From assembly GCA_043228905.1 (NCBI GenBank), contig JBHGNT010000013.1, positions 8,122,001-8,186,000 on the forward strand: 64,000 nucleotides of DNA, read 5' to 3'. Of the stretch, positions 23,291 to 34,849 are shown piece by piece. A program made the translations under genes and the position numbers. The notes beneath the pieces are model-generated. The model did not search any database, had not been told where the DNA came from, and saw only the letters and a program-made list of their open reading frames with translations. Within the stretch, counting starts at the first letter, position 1. The number at the start of each line of letters is the position of its first letter. The stretch comes from Azolla caroliniana. Lineage: Eukaryota; Plantae; Polypodiophyta.

Positions 23291-24147
23291 TGTCGTGTGA
23301 ATCTTCACACACTATGTAAAAAATAATGAAATAATTATTATAGATTAGATTAGTAGCTTACTATAGAAAGATGGATATACTCAAGAGCTTCAAAACGTAT
23401 TTTAATATATACAAAATGGAGAAATACATATCAAGTTATGTGAAAATAAAGTTTGAGAAGATAGGGAAATTAGAACTATCCCACATAGATAGGAAAGTTA
23501 AGGCCCTGGTTATATAAGCACCTTGAGCTCCCTCATTTTTCATTTGTGCTAAGAGCACTTTGGCCACTTTGTCTTGATGGATGACGGTGGCCAAATTCCC
23601 TAAAACCGGAAACTGGCCGGTAAGCAAATCCGGAAAACGGGTCCGGTAAACAAATTCGGAAAACGGGTCCGGTAAGCAAATCCGGAAACCAGACGGTATG
23701 CAAACCGGAAACAGGCCGGTAAGCAAAAACGGAACCGGAACCGGCCGGCAAGCAAAATCGGAACCGGAACCAGTCGGCAAGCAAAATGGAACCGGCTACC
23801 GGATGAGGTTGGACGCGGATGGACGGAAGATTGGATCATGTAACAAACTAAAGTGAAGTGAAGAGAGCTAAAGTAAAGGCCATGTGGACGCAAGCAACTA
23901 AAGTTGGAGTGCATGCAAAAAGTAAAGGTCATGTGGACGGTCACATGCAACTAAAAGAAAAAGTCATGCAACTAAAAATAGATGCAACCAAAAGAAAAAG
24001 CTAGGCAACTAAAAGTAGAGGCCATGCAACAAAAAGTGGAATGGTTGTGATCAAGGGAGAACTCTATATATATTCCATTTTTCTTTTTACACTCGGGCTC
24101 TCCATCTTATATATTATTTTTCTTTTCCTTCTTAGCTCCCTAATCTT

Positions 24148-24312
24148 AGGGAAGCCATAACTCTCATAATTCCTAAATTCCCTACGGAAGCCATAACACT
24201 CAAAAACCCTAAAATTCCCTACGGAAGCCATAACACTCAAAAACCCTAATCTTCCCTACGGAAGCCATAATACTCATATAACCTAATCCTAATTTTCCCT
24301 ACGGAAGCCATA
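24148..24312 (+). repeat. CCCTACGGAAGCCATA repeats (~40-47 bp period) in E LTR; also at 34357-34521
   Basis: Five GGAAGCCATA copies in each LTR. Confidence 0.85.
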
Positions 24313-24450
24313 TCTACCAAAACCCCTAATTTTTCTTTTCTATTAATCTTAGTAAACCCTACGGAGGCATATAGATACAAAGAACCGAAGAGATGCAAAC
24401 TATATGAGTTCAATCAATGGGTATCATCATTAAAGACCCACTAAAGTGCC

Positions 24451-26244
24451 ATGCATGCTTTCGTTGAGTTCAAGTGTCGCTTTGCACAACTCTCAGAGCG
24501 GGATCAAAGATTGGTGGGGGTGGAAAAAGTCCTAATGTTTGTGAAGTCAATCGATCGGAAGGAAAGGAATGCCATTGGAATCCGACTTGAGGATGATGAT
24601 GGTGCAAATGGCCTCACCGAGGATTGGACGAAAGTGGAAAGAGTATGTCAACTGCACGATAAGAGGAAGACAAGATTCTTATCAGCAATAACACAATCCA
24701 TGACGAATGGTGAAAGGAGGACAAGAAGCAACTACAAAGTACCACCTAAAGAAGAAAACTCGAAGAGGGAAGGTTCAACAATACTCGACATAGAAGTCTT
24801 GATGGAAGAGGCATTCGAGAACTTAAAGGCGCAAGTTGAGGCTGAAGAGAAGCTTCAAAAGGAGCAAAAATTGAAGCAAATGATGAGCGAAGAAGAAGAA
24901 GCCTCCCAACAAATGCGGATAAATGTTATGGTTGATACAAAGGCCCAGGTTCGGTACCATGATGTGACCATGGGAGAAGATGTGCAACAAGACGCCTTCT
25001 CGTCTTGCAAAGAAACAATGGCGAAGAATGAAACAAATGAATCAAGGGTGGCGAATGCCACTTCAAGTAAGGGCAAATGCTTCGAAACACGCATTGTGTC
25101 TGAAACATCAAGTGATGAAAGTGCTAGCATGAGCAATGCTTGCATGATCAAGGGAGAAAAAAAATGTGAGGCCAAAATGATTGACGAGATAGCCATGAAA
25201 AACAACATCGAGTCAAAGGTGGCTAAGGACCAGTGAATGACGGATGGCCGTGTCATGACTTTCTCCACATTTGTTCTAGAGACTTGGGCAGATGCGTCGG
25301 AAAGCAAACGTGAGACCCAAGAGACGGAAGGTGGCGGCGAGGAAGTGAAGGCCAAGGCTAATACATGCGAAGAAGAAGGAGACGTTAAGCCGAAGAGGGT
25401 AGAAGACGATCATGAAGAGACTTTCCCCACAAAAGTTCTTGAGACTTGGGCATTAACCGATGTAAGACCCAAGCGAAGGACGGTTGCGGCAAAGAAACAA
25501 AGATCAACGCCAACACGAACAACCATAAGGTGGAAGTGGCAAAGAGTAGCACGACAAAGGCAATGCCAAACTACAAAATTCCTCCACACTCGTTTGAAAG
25601 ACTTGGGCATTAATCGATGTAAGACCCAAGAGAAGGATGATGGCGGCGAGGAAGCAAGGGTTAAAGCCAATGTGTGCAACAAGGAAGTAAAGCAAAGCAA
25701 AATGACGAAAGTCCATGTGTGCGACCAAGAGGTCAAGCAAAGCATGAAGACAAAAGCAAATGTGTGCGACAAAGAGACCAAGCAAACCTCAAAAAGTAAA
25801 GATGGGGGCCAAGTGGGCCAATCGGATACGAAAGATGTGATCACAAAATCTAACAAGGATAATACTAGCATAGAAGTCATAGTCAATTCTAACACAAGAG
25901 TATACCACAAAAGTGGACAAAGTGGGAAGCATGCGATGTGGTCACTTAACGACCTAGAGGAAAGCATGCCGCTAAAGAACGAATTGCTAAGAGTACTCAA
26001 GAATAGTATTTCGATAAGGCTTTTGAAAGACATGGATGGAACAAGAAAGAATGATAAGAGAAAATTAGATGACCAAGGAGATGGTCGAAATGAAGGTGGC
26101 ACATGCACGAGGCATAAAGTATTATGCTCAAGAGGAGCAAAGAGAGCCATGACAACCGGTTATGGAAATGCAAAGAGTAAACGAAGAATATGGTGGATCG
26201 GATGGAAATGGCGATTCGGGTACATCAACGAAAAATTAAAGTAA
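24451..26244 (+). pseudogene. Gag-like ORF with long charged, internally repeated extension (one in-frame stop at 25234-25236)
   Basis: EFKCRFAQLSERDQ..VLMFVKSIDRKERNAIGIRLEDDDG..LTEDWTKVERVC aligns with C2 Gag EFEECFARL..VLLFVKSVDERDRKQVGLLLETDDGLTADWAVVKRVC. No PR, RT or INT motifs. Confidence 0.75.
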
Positions 26245-26489
26245 ACAAAAATGGGGCCTCACCAAAATTGGCACATACCGGTGGATGTGCAGGTTTGGTG
26301 GGGGCGAATGTCGTGTGAATCTTCACACACTATGTAAAAAATAATGAAATAATTATTATAGATTAGATTAGTAGCTTACTATAGAAAGATGGATATACTC
26401 AAGAGCTTCAAAACGTTGTTGCATTGTTACGCGCCTGCGTGGAGAACAAGGCGGGACCACTGGGGTCTTGGACCGAGGAATAGGTGAGG

Positions 26490-26536
<47 letters not shown>

Positions 26537-27199
26537 GCTCACTCACGTATAGACAAAGAAGCGCACGGGGACGCGTCACAACAACACAGGAGATGCGAGT
26601 TGAGAACACTAGAGTGTGTATGTAAATATAGGCATGTATTTGTATGTATGCAGACGAATCGAACGGTTACAGCCGACCAGGTCAGTGAGGTGGATGCCGA
26701 CGCCTGATCACCCACGCACACAAGAGAGCAAGATGGAGATTCTTCCGGAAGCACACGGGCGTCGACAGAGCAGAATCAGCCTCCTGAGAGCCTGCGCAAA
26801 AGAAAGCTATGGAGAACGACAGAGAAGAAGAGCTCGGTCCCAGTCCGACAGCACTTCGTTCCCTCTAGCGCGCGATCCCCTCTCTCCCCCGTCTCCCTCT
26901 CTTTTATAGCTCAAGGAGGGAGGCCGTTTCACCCGTTTACATCACATTAATTCTCTGTCCTTTCGGACAGAGATACTCCTCGATTTACCTTATAGAATAT
27001 TGCTACCTAGGATTTAACCTTTGTGCCTACCTATCTACTATACGACAAGGGACGTGCCCACGTGTAAGGGCCGGTTCACACACACTATACACGGTTTGTG
27101 CCTGGGGACGGTTTTCTTCACGACATCCGCCCCCACCTAACCGCGCATCCACCGGTATGCGCCAAAACTAGGTTCCTATGGGAGAAAACCGATCCTTGC

Positions 27200-30100
27200 T
27201 TTTATTCCTCGTCTACCGGTTCATCCTCCGCTTCGGGCTACTCGTCGTCGTTGTCCATACCCCCTAGCCCCGGCTCCCCGTCGTGCCGTTTCTTGAACGC
27301 TTTGATCCTCTTTCCCGCTACTGGTATCGCCATTCTCGTACTGTCGAGCTCCGCGAGATGGTACGTCCCATTGCCGTTGGCACCTGTTACTATGTAAGGC
27401 CCGAACCACCTCCTCGCAAACTTCCGCGTGGCCCTGTGCTGATTGTCGAGGATGCTGTCATAGACTAGCACCCAGTCGCCTTCCTCGATCTTCCTTGGCC
27501 TGAACCGATGTGTTCGGTCGAACCGGGCTTTGTTCCTTATCCTCGCTACTCGAAGTTTCTCCGCGGCTCGCTCTACGTCCTCCGGCCTCCGCTCGAGCTG
27601 TCAAATCCGTGCCGCCAACAGTTCCTCCCGGCTCATCTCATCCCTCCAGTACATCGTGGCCCACGAGGAGATCGTTCGCTCTGTTGGTATGATCGGCTTC
27701 TGTCCGAAAATCAGCTCGGCCGGCATGAACCCGGTTACCGAACTGTGCGTAGTTCGGTCCGCCCACAAGGCATAAGGTAGCAGCCGTGGCCAGTCCCCGA
27801 CTCGGCCTCCACACTGCCGTACTAGCGCTTTGACAATTGGCCCGTGTCCACGCTCCACCTTCCCATTCGCCTCCGGATTGTACGCTGTGGTGAGCGAAAG
27901 TTTGACTCCTAGCCGGTCGAACAGCTCTTCGGCCTCTTCTACGTCCAACTCACCATGGTCAGCCACGATCTTCCCTACGCACCCGTATCGGCATACTACG
28001 TCCTCAATCAAAAACCGGCACACGGCTGCCGTCGTCTTGTTCTGCAGGGCTCGGCCTTCAACCTGGTTCGTTAGATCTTCCCGAGCCAATGCCAGATACC
28101 GCATCTGTCCTAGCCCCATTAGCATAGTCACCAAATCCACCATCCACTTGAAGTGGACGGTCGGAGGGTAGGTCGGGTGAAGCTCGTCCCGATGTCGGAT
28201 CATGGAGTGCACCTGACAGCTTTCGCAAGTCGTCACGAACCGATGCACGTCCCGGTATAGTCCCGGCCACCAGTACTTCCCCTTTAGCTTTTCGAACGTG
28301 GCCCACGTTCCACGGTGTCCAGCCCACGGGCTATCATGGTACGCCGCCACTCGGAGCGGGATGTCGTTCCTCTTCTTCGGGTGCTTCCATATGTATCCGT
28401 CCCGGAGAAAGAATCGGTAGGCTTTCTTCCGAATCCGGTTGGCCTCGTCTGTTGTCTATGCCACGTTCGGTGTCATTGTTTTCAGGAACCTGCCGATCTG
28501 TAGCCACTCCCCGTCGTACTTGCTCTCGTCGAAATCGTTAAGCGTTGGAGAGCATTCCCTGCCGGTTGTTACGTGAGCTGCCTCAAAGAAGTCCACGCCG
28601 ACTTCCTCATCCTCTGAAACCATGCCGCCGTCGTTTTCGAACCTCGCCCTTAAAAGCATGTCAGCCATGGCGTTGTCTTTCCCGGAAATGTGTCATATTT
28701 CCGGATTTAGAGACTTGATGTACGCTATCCACCTGAGCATTGCCAGGTCCGGTGTCACGCATCCGGAAACCATGCCAAGGATCGGTAGGCAGTCTGTCTC
28801 GATAATTACCTCTGTCCCGACCAGGTAGTCTTTATCGGCCTTTACCGCCGAAACGATACCCCAAAGCTCGCGTTTAACCTGGGCGTATCCTCGTTGTCGC
28901 TCGCTGAGGACCTTCGCGCTGAACCGGATTGGGGAACGCATGCCATCCTCGTCCTCTTGGTCGACGACCCATCTGATCCCGGTCGGACTCGTGTCTACTG
29001 TTACGTAAATTGGAGTGCTCTTTTCGTAGACAGCCTTTCAGAGCACCGAAGCCGCGGCAAGTGCTTCCTTCATCTTCCGGACAGACTCCGTATGCTCGTC
29101 TCTCCACTCGAATTTTTGCCCCTTTTTCAGCAACCCATATAACGGCTCTGCGACGTGAGCATAATGCAGGATCCATATGTGGTAGAACGCGCACGCTCCC
29201 AAGAACCTCCGAACCTCCGTGACCGAGCTACAAATGTTCTTCATCGCAAAGATGGCTTCTACCTTAGCCGGAGACGGTTTCCGGCCGTACGGCCCGCATA
29301 GGTGTCCGACAACCATGATCTCTGATTGCCCGAAGGCCGATTTTCCCCCGGAGAAGGTGAGCCTCGCGCTCTCCAACCTCTGCAGCACCTTCTCGCAGTC
29401 ATCGATGTGCGTCGTCACAAATTTCCGGCATCCGTCCGGTCCAATCGTCTCGTCCCTTTCCTCCACCGCGCATCCCTTGATCGGGACGTCGTCCAAAAAC
29501 GGCATGGTGATGTCCGGGATACAATCCCTCAACACTTTGTTCATTGCGTTCACCATGTGAGCCACCGAGTTCGTCCCTCCTTGCGGTAGGGTACACATCC
29601 GTACTACGCATTGTCGTGATGTCTCTGCTCTCTACGGCAAGCTGGAACTGATCGTACCCCGAGTAGAGATCACCGACCGAGTAAATTGACCTTCCGGCGA
29701 AGGCCTCCGTGAACTCGTCTATTGTCGGTCTGATTCCTGCGTTTCGAATGGTCACCTTGTTGACCGGCTGCAGGTCTTGAATAAAGCGCAGCGTGTCGTC
29801 CTTCTTCGGCACGGTAAACCACCGATTCGAGTATGGGGCACTCGACGGTTCGAGGGTTCCCATCTCAACCTTCTGCTTTAACAGCTCCATCAGCTTCGGG
29901 ATGTGAGCTCTGGGTATTGGAATCGGTTTGAGACTCCACGGCACATGCGGTACCGTGAATATCACCATCGGTTCCACGGCTGTCGGGTCTACGCACCTGA
30001 TCTCTTCCGGTGAGAATGCGAAAGCCTTCCCGTGCCTTCCGAGCATTCCCCGAAAACGGTCCTCTTCCACTAGCAGTAGGAAGCCGCCCCCACCGATTTT

Positions 30101-30643
30101 GAGCTCGCGCAACGTTATGTCGGTGAACGTGTGTCCTATGCGGGCCGGATTTCGTAAACTCGGGTCCGACGCAACCCCCTTTATTCGCAACTCGCTGCCC
30201 TCCGGCAAGGGAGCCACGACTGACCTCACCTTCCGGTCCACAGTCTTGTACCTCGTGTCCACCCGAGCCGTCTGATCCAACTCGAGCCCTCTACTGAATT
30301 CCGCGATGACTTCGTACATCTTTTCCGAACATACCGAAATCGTCCGGTCCTCTTTAAGGACTCCTCCGACTACCTCCCGCAGCTCCCCCAAGGTATCGTC
30401 GAAAGAGACCGCCTCCACGGCTCCGTTGATTTCCTCTCCGAGGTCGAGGACGCCACATGCCCGAAGTCGCTCCTCCGCCCTTCTCTTCTTCCAGCCAACA
30501 ACGTCGACTATCGTACACCCTCCGTTGTCGGAGAACCAAAATTCCCTACTTATAGCACAGGTCTTCTTCGCTATCATACACTTCTGGGGTTTTCCCGGAG
30601 TGTCCGGACTATCGCGGCCCCACGCCTTGATAGCCCTCTTCAA
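27200..30643 (-). pseudogene. RT-RNase H-integrase ORF of C2 (-1 frame to gag-pro), disrupted by a small deletion near 29600 and stops
   Basis: PYSNRWFTVPKK, DLYSGYDQ, LPQGGTNS, FLDDV, ETDCL, HDSPWAGHRG..CESCQ, YNPEANGKVERG, RWFGPY. Confidence 0.9.
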
Positions 30644-30649
30644 AAATCC
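30580..30649 (-). other. Putative -1 programmed ribosomal frameshift cassette
   Basis: Minus strand G GAT TTT TGA, a 6-nt spacer, then stem GGGCTATC/GATAGTCC with loop TGGGG complementary to a downstream CCCCA. Confidence 0.75.
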
Positions 30650-32766
30650 TCCCGGCTTTCGCCCCCGGGGGTCTCGCGGTTCCTCTCATGGTTCGGTCTC
30701 ACCGTCAGGAACTGGACTGAGTGACGCCCATCCTGGCTCTTGACCTTTGCATAGGCCGAGCCGTTGTCCAGCACCTTGGTCTCCATCCGTGCTGCCGTGA
30801 TGTACGGTTCTCCTAGTATAACCAGATGTGAGGATGTCTCTTGCATGAAGAAGTGTTGGTCAATCTCGACATCGCCGATCTTTACTCGTACATTCGGGCA
30901 GGCTCCATGCAGTTCTTCGGTGGCACGCGTCGCCGCCCGTATCTTCCACCTGTGCTTGGTGTTGATCGGCCATTTCCCCTTCTTGTAGAAGTCCATGGAC
31001 ATCAAATTGATTTCTGAACCGTGGTCCACCAACGCCACCACTAGTTCATGAACATCTCCGATCTTCACGGGGGTCTCCGTGGTCACTCTGGCCCAGTGCG
31101 GCCTCGAATAGTGGCTCTCTGCCAACTCGTCTTCCAGCGCCATGCCCTCTATGTGCGTCGTTCGCACCTCCACCGGCTTCTCCAGTTCTGTCTCTGTCGA
31201 CAGCCTCTTCCTCTTCACCAAGTCTACGATGGAGTCGTGGAACTCCTTCTTGGCGATCCCGAGCACTTCCCTCAACGACAGTTCCACCTTGCTGTCGAGG
31301 ATTCGTTCTTCCAGGACCTTTCGCACGTCCGTGGATCTTTCGATTTCTGTGCCCAGCCAGTACCCGCCCTTCTTGGGATTATCCTGGAAGCCGGTTACAC
31401 CGGCCTCATTCTGTCTTTGCCCGAATCGAGTTTCATATCGTTGCGAGGGCCCGGCCCCTCCGGTTTTTCCTACCCGCTTGTCCTCGACCAGAGCCTCGTA
31501 GTTTTGACAAGCGGCTTCGACGAAGCCCGTCTTTTCTTCCACCGGGTCACTCCACCCGGTTACCTCCCGAACCCGCTTTTCCACGCGGTCCACCTCTTCT
31601 TTCCTCAGCCGTGTGCCGACGAGGCCTTCCAGCATCGTCGGCCAGAACCCGGCTTTGTTCGTCTTCGGGGCCTCGCCACCTCCGACCCGAATACCAGCTG
31701 ACGCCGAGTAGTGGACGGTCTCCGCGTGACGAGCCGCCGCCTCCTCCATCAGCCTTTTCATACCCCCTCGCCCGACGTTCAGGTTCAGGGCCCTTCGGGT
31801 CTCGCTGGCGTGCACCCGACCATTCCACAGGTACACCACATTGCTTCTCATCGCCTCAGCGAAGTCCCCGCAGTCCTTCTGGATGTGCCCAACCACATCA
31901 CACCACATGCACCTATTTTCAGCCAGAGGTCGTCGGTCACGGGCCTGTTCGCCACTATCCCTCCGTGCCTGGGCGATCTGGAGATCCTTTACCATCCGCA
32001 TCAGCTCCTCCAGAGCTACTCCCCCGGACAAGCCCTTGACCATGCCAGTTGAAGCCGACCCGGTCTCGAGCCAATCTTGGGTCTCTTCCCTTCGCGTTGG
32101 TGGTGTTGGCTCGAGCTTCTTTGCTGCGACAGAGCCCGCCCCTATCGATCCTTTGTCAACCCATTCCCGTCGTTTGTCGAAACGGCCACAGACCCTTTTC
32201 ACCACGGCCCAGTCGGCCGTCAACCCGTCATCAGTCTCCAATAGGAGGCCTACCTGCTTCCGATCCCGCTCGTCAACCGACTTAACAAACAACAGGACAC
32301 GGCTTGTGTCCAGAACGGTCCGGTCAAGCACCCAGAGGCGCGCGAAGCATTCCTCAAACTCCCGAAGGAGCACTGACGCCTTCCTTCCTTTGTCGGGGGT
32401 CTCCACCCACTCCATGAAGTCCCGCTTCGAAAGTCGAAGCGCATCTTCAAGCCCGTATCTTTCGAGGAGCCGACCTTCGAACTCCTCCCAGGTCTGGCTC
32501 TCGGCCCGTACCTCGAGCACCTCCGTATGGATACCCGGCATCGCCACTCGAGGGAATCCGGCTAGATGCCTCTCTTCCGGAATGTCCCTCATTACCATCT
32601 TAGCCCGGTAGGACGCCAAGTAGCTCGTGGCATCCTTCCCACTAAACCGGCCGATCGTACCGACAACCGCCTTGATAGCCCTATCAAGGGCGCCGGTGCC
32701 TTCGCGCGTACTCACTATACGGTCTACAGCCGAAGCCATGGCTTCTGCAAGGTCCGACCCCCTCAT
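30640..32766 (-). CDS. Gag-protease ORF of gypsy C2, 708 aa
   Basis: Open frame starting about 22 nt after the PBS; knuckle CMWCDVVGHIQKDC; aspartic protease ALVDHGSEINLM..ILGEPY. Confidence 0.9.
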   Translation of the reverse strand: MRGSDLAEAMASAVDRIVSTREGTGALDRAIKAVVGTIGRFSGKDATSYLASYRAKMVMRDIPEERHLAGFPRVAMPGIHTEVLEVRAESQTWEEFEGRLLERYGLEDALRLSKRDFMEWVETPDKGRKASVLLREFEECFARLWVLDRTVLDTSRVLLFVKSVDERDRKQVGLLLETDDGLTADWAVVKRVCGRFDKRREWVDKGSIGAGSVAAKKLEPTPPTRREETQDWLETGSASTGMVKGLSGGVALEELMRMVKDLQIAQARRDSGEQARDRRPLAENRCMWCDVVGHIQKDCGDFAEAMRSNVVYLWNGRVHASETRRALNLNVGRGGMKRLMEEAAARHAETVHYSASAGIRVGGGEAPKTNKAGFWPTMLEGLVGTRLRKEEVDRVEKRVREVTGWSDPVEEKTGFVEAACQNYEALVEDKRVGKTGGAGPSQRYETRFGQRQNEAGVTGFQDNPKKGGYWLGTEIERSTDVRKVLEERILDSKVELSLREVLGIAKKEFHDSIVDLVKRKRLSTETELEKPVEVRTTHIEGMALEDELAESHYSRPHWARVTTETPVKIGDVHELVVALVDHGSEINLMSMDFYKKGKWPINTKHRWKIRAATRATEELHGACPNVRVKIGDVEIDQHFFMQETSSHLVILGEPYITAARMETKVLDNGSAYAKVKSQDGRHSVQFLTVRPNHERNRETPGGESREDF

Positions 32767-32787
32767 CTTCTACTCCTCTGCCGCCTG

Positions 32788-32805
32788 TTCACGTCGAGTT
32801 CACCA
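32788..32805 (-). other. Primer-binding site complementary to cytosolic tRNA-Trp
   Basis: The + strand TTCACGTCGAGTTCACCA matches the plant tRNA-Trp 3' end as I recall it (TTCACGTCGGGTTCACCA) at 17 of 18 positions; it lies 4 nt from the LTR. Confidence 0.8.
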
Positions 32806-34849
32806 AATATGTCGCGTTGTTACACGCGTGCGTGGAGAACAAGGCGGGACCACTGGGGTCTTGGACCGAGGAATAGGTGAGGAAAAGAGAGAGAGAGAGA
32901 GAGAGAGAGACGCTCACTCACGTATAGACAAAGAAGCGCACGGGGACGCGTCACAACAACACAGGAGACGCGAGTTGAGAACACTAGAGTGTGTATGTAA
33001 ATATAGGCATGTATTTGTATGTATGCAGACGAATCGAACGGTTACAGCCGACCAGGTCGGCGAGGTGGATGCCGACGCCTGATCACCCACGCACACAGGA
33101 GAGCAAGATGGAGATTCTTCCGGAAGCACACGAGCGTCCACGGAGCAGAATCAGCTTCCTGAGAGCCTGCGCAAAAGAAAGCTATGGAGAATGACAGAGA
33201 AGAGGAGCTCAGTCCCAGTCCGACAGCAGTTCGTTCCCTCTAGCGCGCGATCCCCTCTCTCCCCCGTCTCCCTCTCTTTTATAGCTCAAGGAGGGAGGCC
33301 GTTTCACCCATTTACATCACATTAATTCTCTGTCCTTTCGGACAGAGATACTCCTCGATTTACCTTATAGAATATTGCTACCTAGGATTTAACCTTTGTG
33401 CCTACCTATCTACTATACGACAAGGGACGTGCCCACGTGTAAGGGCCGGTTCACACACACTATACACGGTTTGCGCCTGGGGACTGTTTTCTTCATGACA
33501 ACGTATTTTACTATATACAAAATGGAGAAATACATATCAAGTTATGTGAAAATAAAGTTTGAGAAGATAGGGAAATTAGAACTATCCCACATAGATAGGA
33601 AAGTTAAGGCCCTGGCTATATAAACACCTTGAGCTCCCTCATTTTTCATATGTGTGCTAAGAGCGCTTTGGCCACTTTGTCTTGATGGATGATGGTGGCC
33701 AAATTCCCTAAATTTGGAAACTGGCCGGTAAGCAAATCCGGAAAACGGGTCTGGTAAACAAATTCGGAAAACGGGTCCGGTAAGCAAATCTAGAAATCGG
33801 CCGGTATGCAAACCGGAAATAGGCCGGTAAGCAAAACCGGAACCGGAACCGGCAAGCAAACCGAAATCGGAAACCGGCTGGTATGCAAACCGGAAACAGG
33901 CCGGTAAGCAAAACAGGAATCGGAACCGGAACTGGCAAGCAAACTGGAACCGGCCGGCAAGCAAAATCAAAACCAGAACCAGTCGACAAGCAAAATGGAA
34001 CCGGCTACCGGACGAGGTTGGACGCGGACGGACGGAAGATTGGATCATGTAACAAACTAAAGTGAAGTGAAGAGAACTAAAGTAAAGGCCATGTGGACGC
34101 AAGCAACTAAAGTTAGAGTGCATGCAAAAAGTAAAGGTCATGTGGACGGTCACATGCAACTAAAAGAAAAAGTCATGCAACTAAAAATAGATGCAACCAA
34201 AAGAAAAAGTTAGGCAACTAAAAGTAGAGGCCATGGAACAAAAAGTGGAATGGCTATGATCAAGGGAGAACTCTATATATATTCCATTTTTCTTTTTACA
34301 CTCGGGCTCTCCATCTTATATATTATTTTTCTTTTCCTTCTTAGCTCCCTAATCTTAGGGAAGCCATAACTCTCATAATTCCTAAATTCCCTACGGAAGC
34401 CATAACACTCAAAAACCCTAAAATTCCCTACGGAAGCCATAACACTCAAAAACCCTAATCTTCCCTACGGAAGCCATAATACTCATATAACCTAATCCTA
34501 ATTTTCCCTACGGAAGCCATATCTACCAAAACCCCTAATTTTTCTTTTCTATTAATCTTAGTAAATCTAAAACTTCTAAATCCCAATCTTGGGACATATT
34601 GTAATTTCTTTTTCCTTTGTTAATGAAAATTATTAAATTTCTTCTTTCTGTTAATTGTTAAAAATATAAACGCACGAATGTGATTATCCTCTGGTCGGAG
34701 GCCCCGGGGTCCGGCCTCAAAGTTCACGTATCCTCGTCGTATTTCCGCGATAACGCCATGATGTACTCTCCATTCTCTGAACCACAATCTCCTTGAGCCG
34801 AACCCCGAAGGACTAAGGGTTAGGCACTATGTAACCTGAGCCAGTAACA

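Larger units (their letters stand above)
26417..33500 (-). mobile_element. Full-length Ty3/gypsy family C copy 2 (FLDD RT; Phygy/Selgy-like non-chromovirus)
   Basis: LTRs 32810-33500 (5') and 26417-27125 (3'), about 20 substitutions by eye. 4-bp TSD ACGT at 26413-26416 and 33501-33504. PBS 32788-32805; PPT 27126-27139; order Gag-PR / RT-RH-INT. Confidence 0.93.
23291..34752 (+). mobile_element. Non-autonomous Gag-only LTR element (family E), related to gypsy C; its 3' LTR is interrupted by C2
   Basis: LTR1 23291-~24356 (3'-truncated, PBS lost). LTR2 26309-26416 plus 33505-34752. TSD ACGC at 23287-23290 and 34753-34756. The PPT block cataccggtggatgtgcaggtttggtgggggcgaa matches that of C. Confidence 0.85.

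Noticed and set aside
25231-25239. Programmed stop read-through in the E ORF
   Set aside because: TGA is most simply a CGA>TGA deamination and there is no CARYYA read-through context.
25410-26150. 246-aa hydrophobic minus-strand ORF
   Set aside because: Antisense of an A/G-rich Lys/Glu frame, so the hydrophobicity is a codon artefact.
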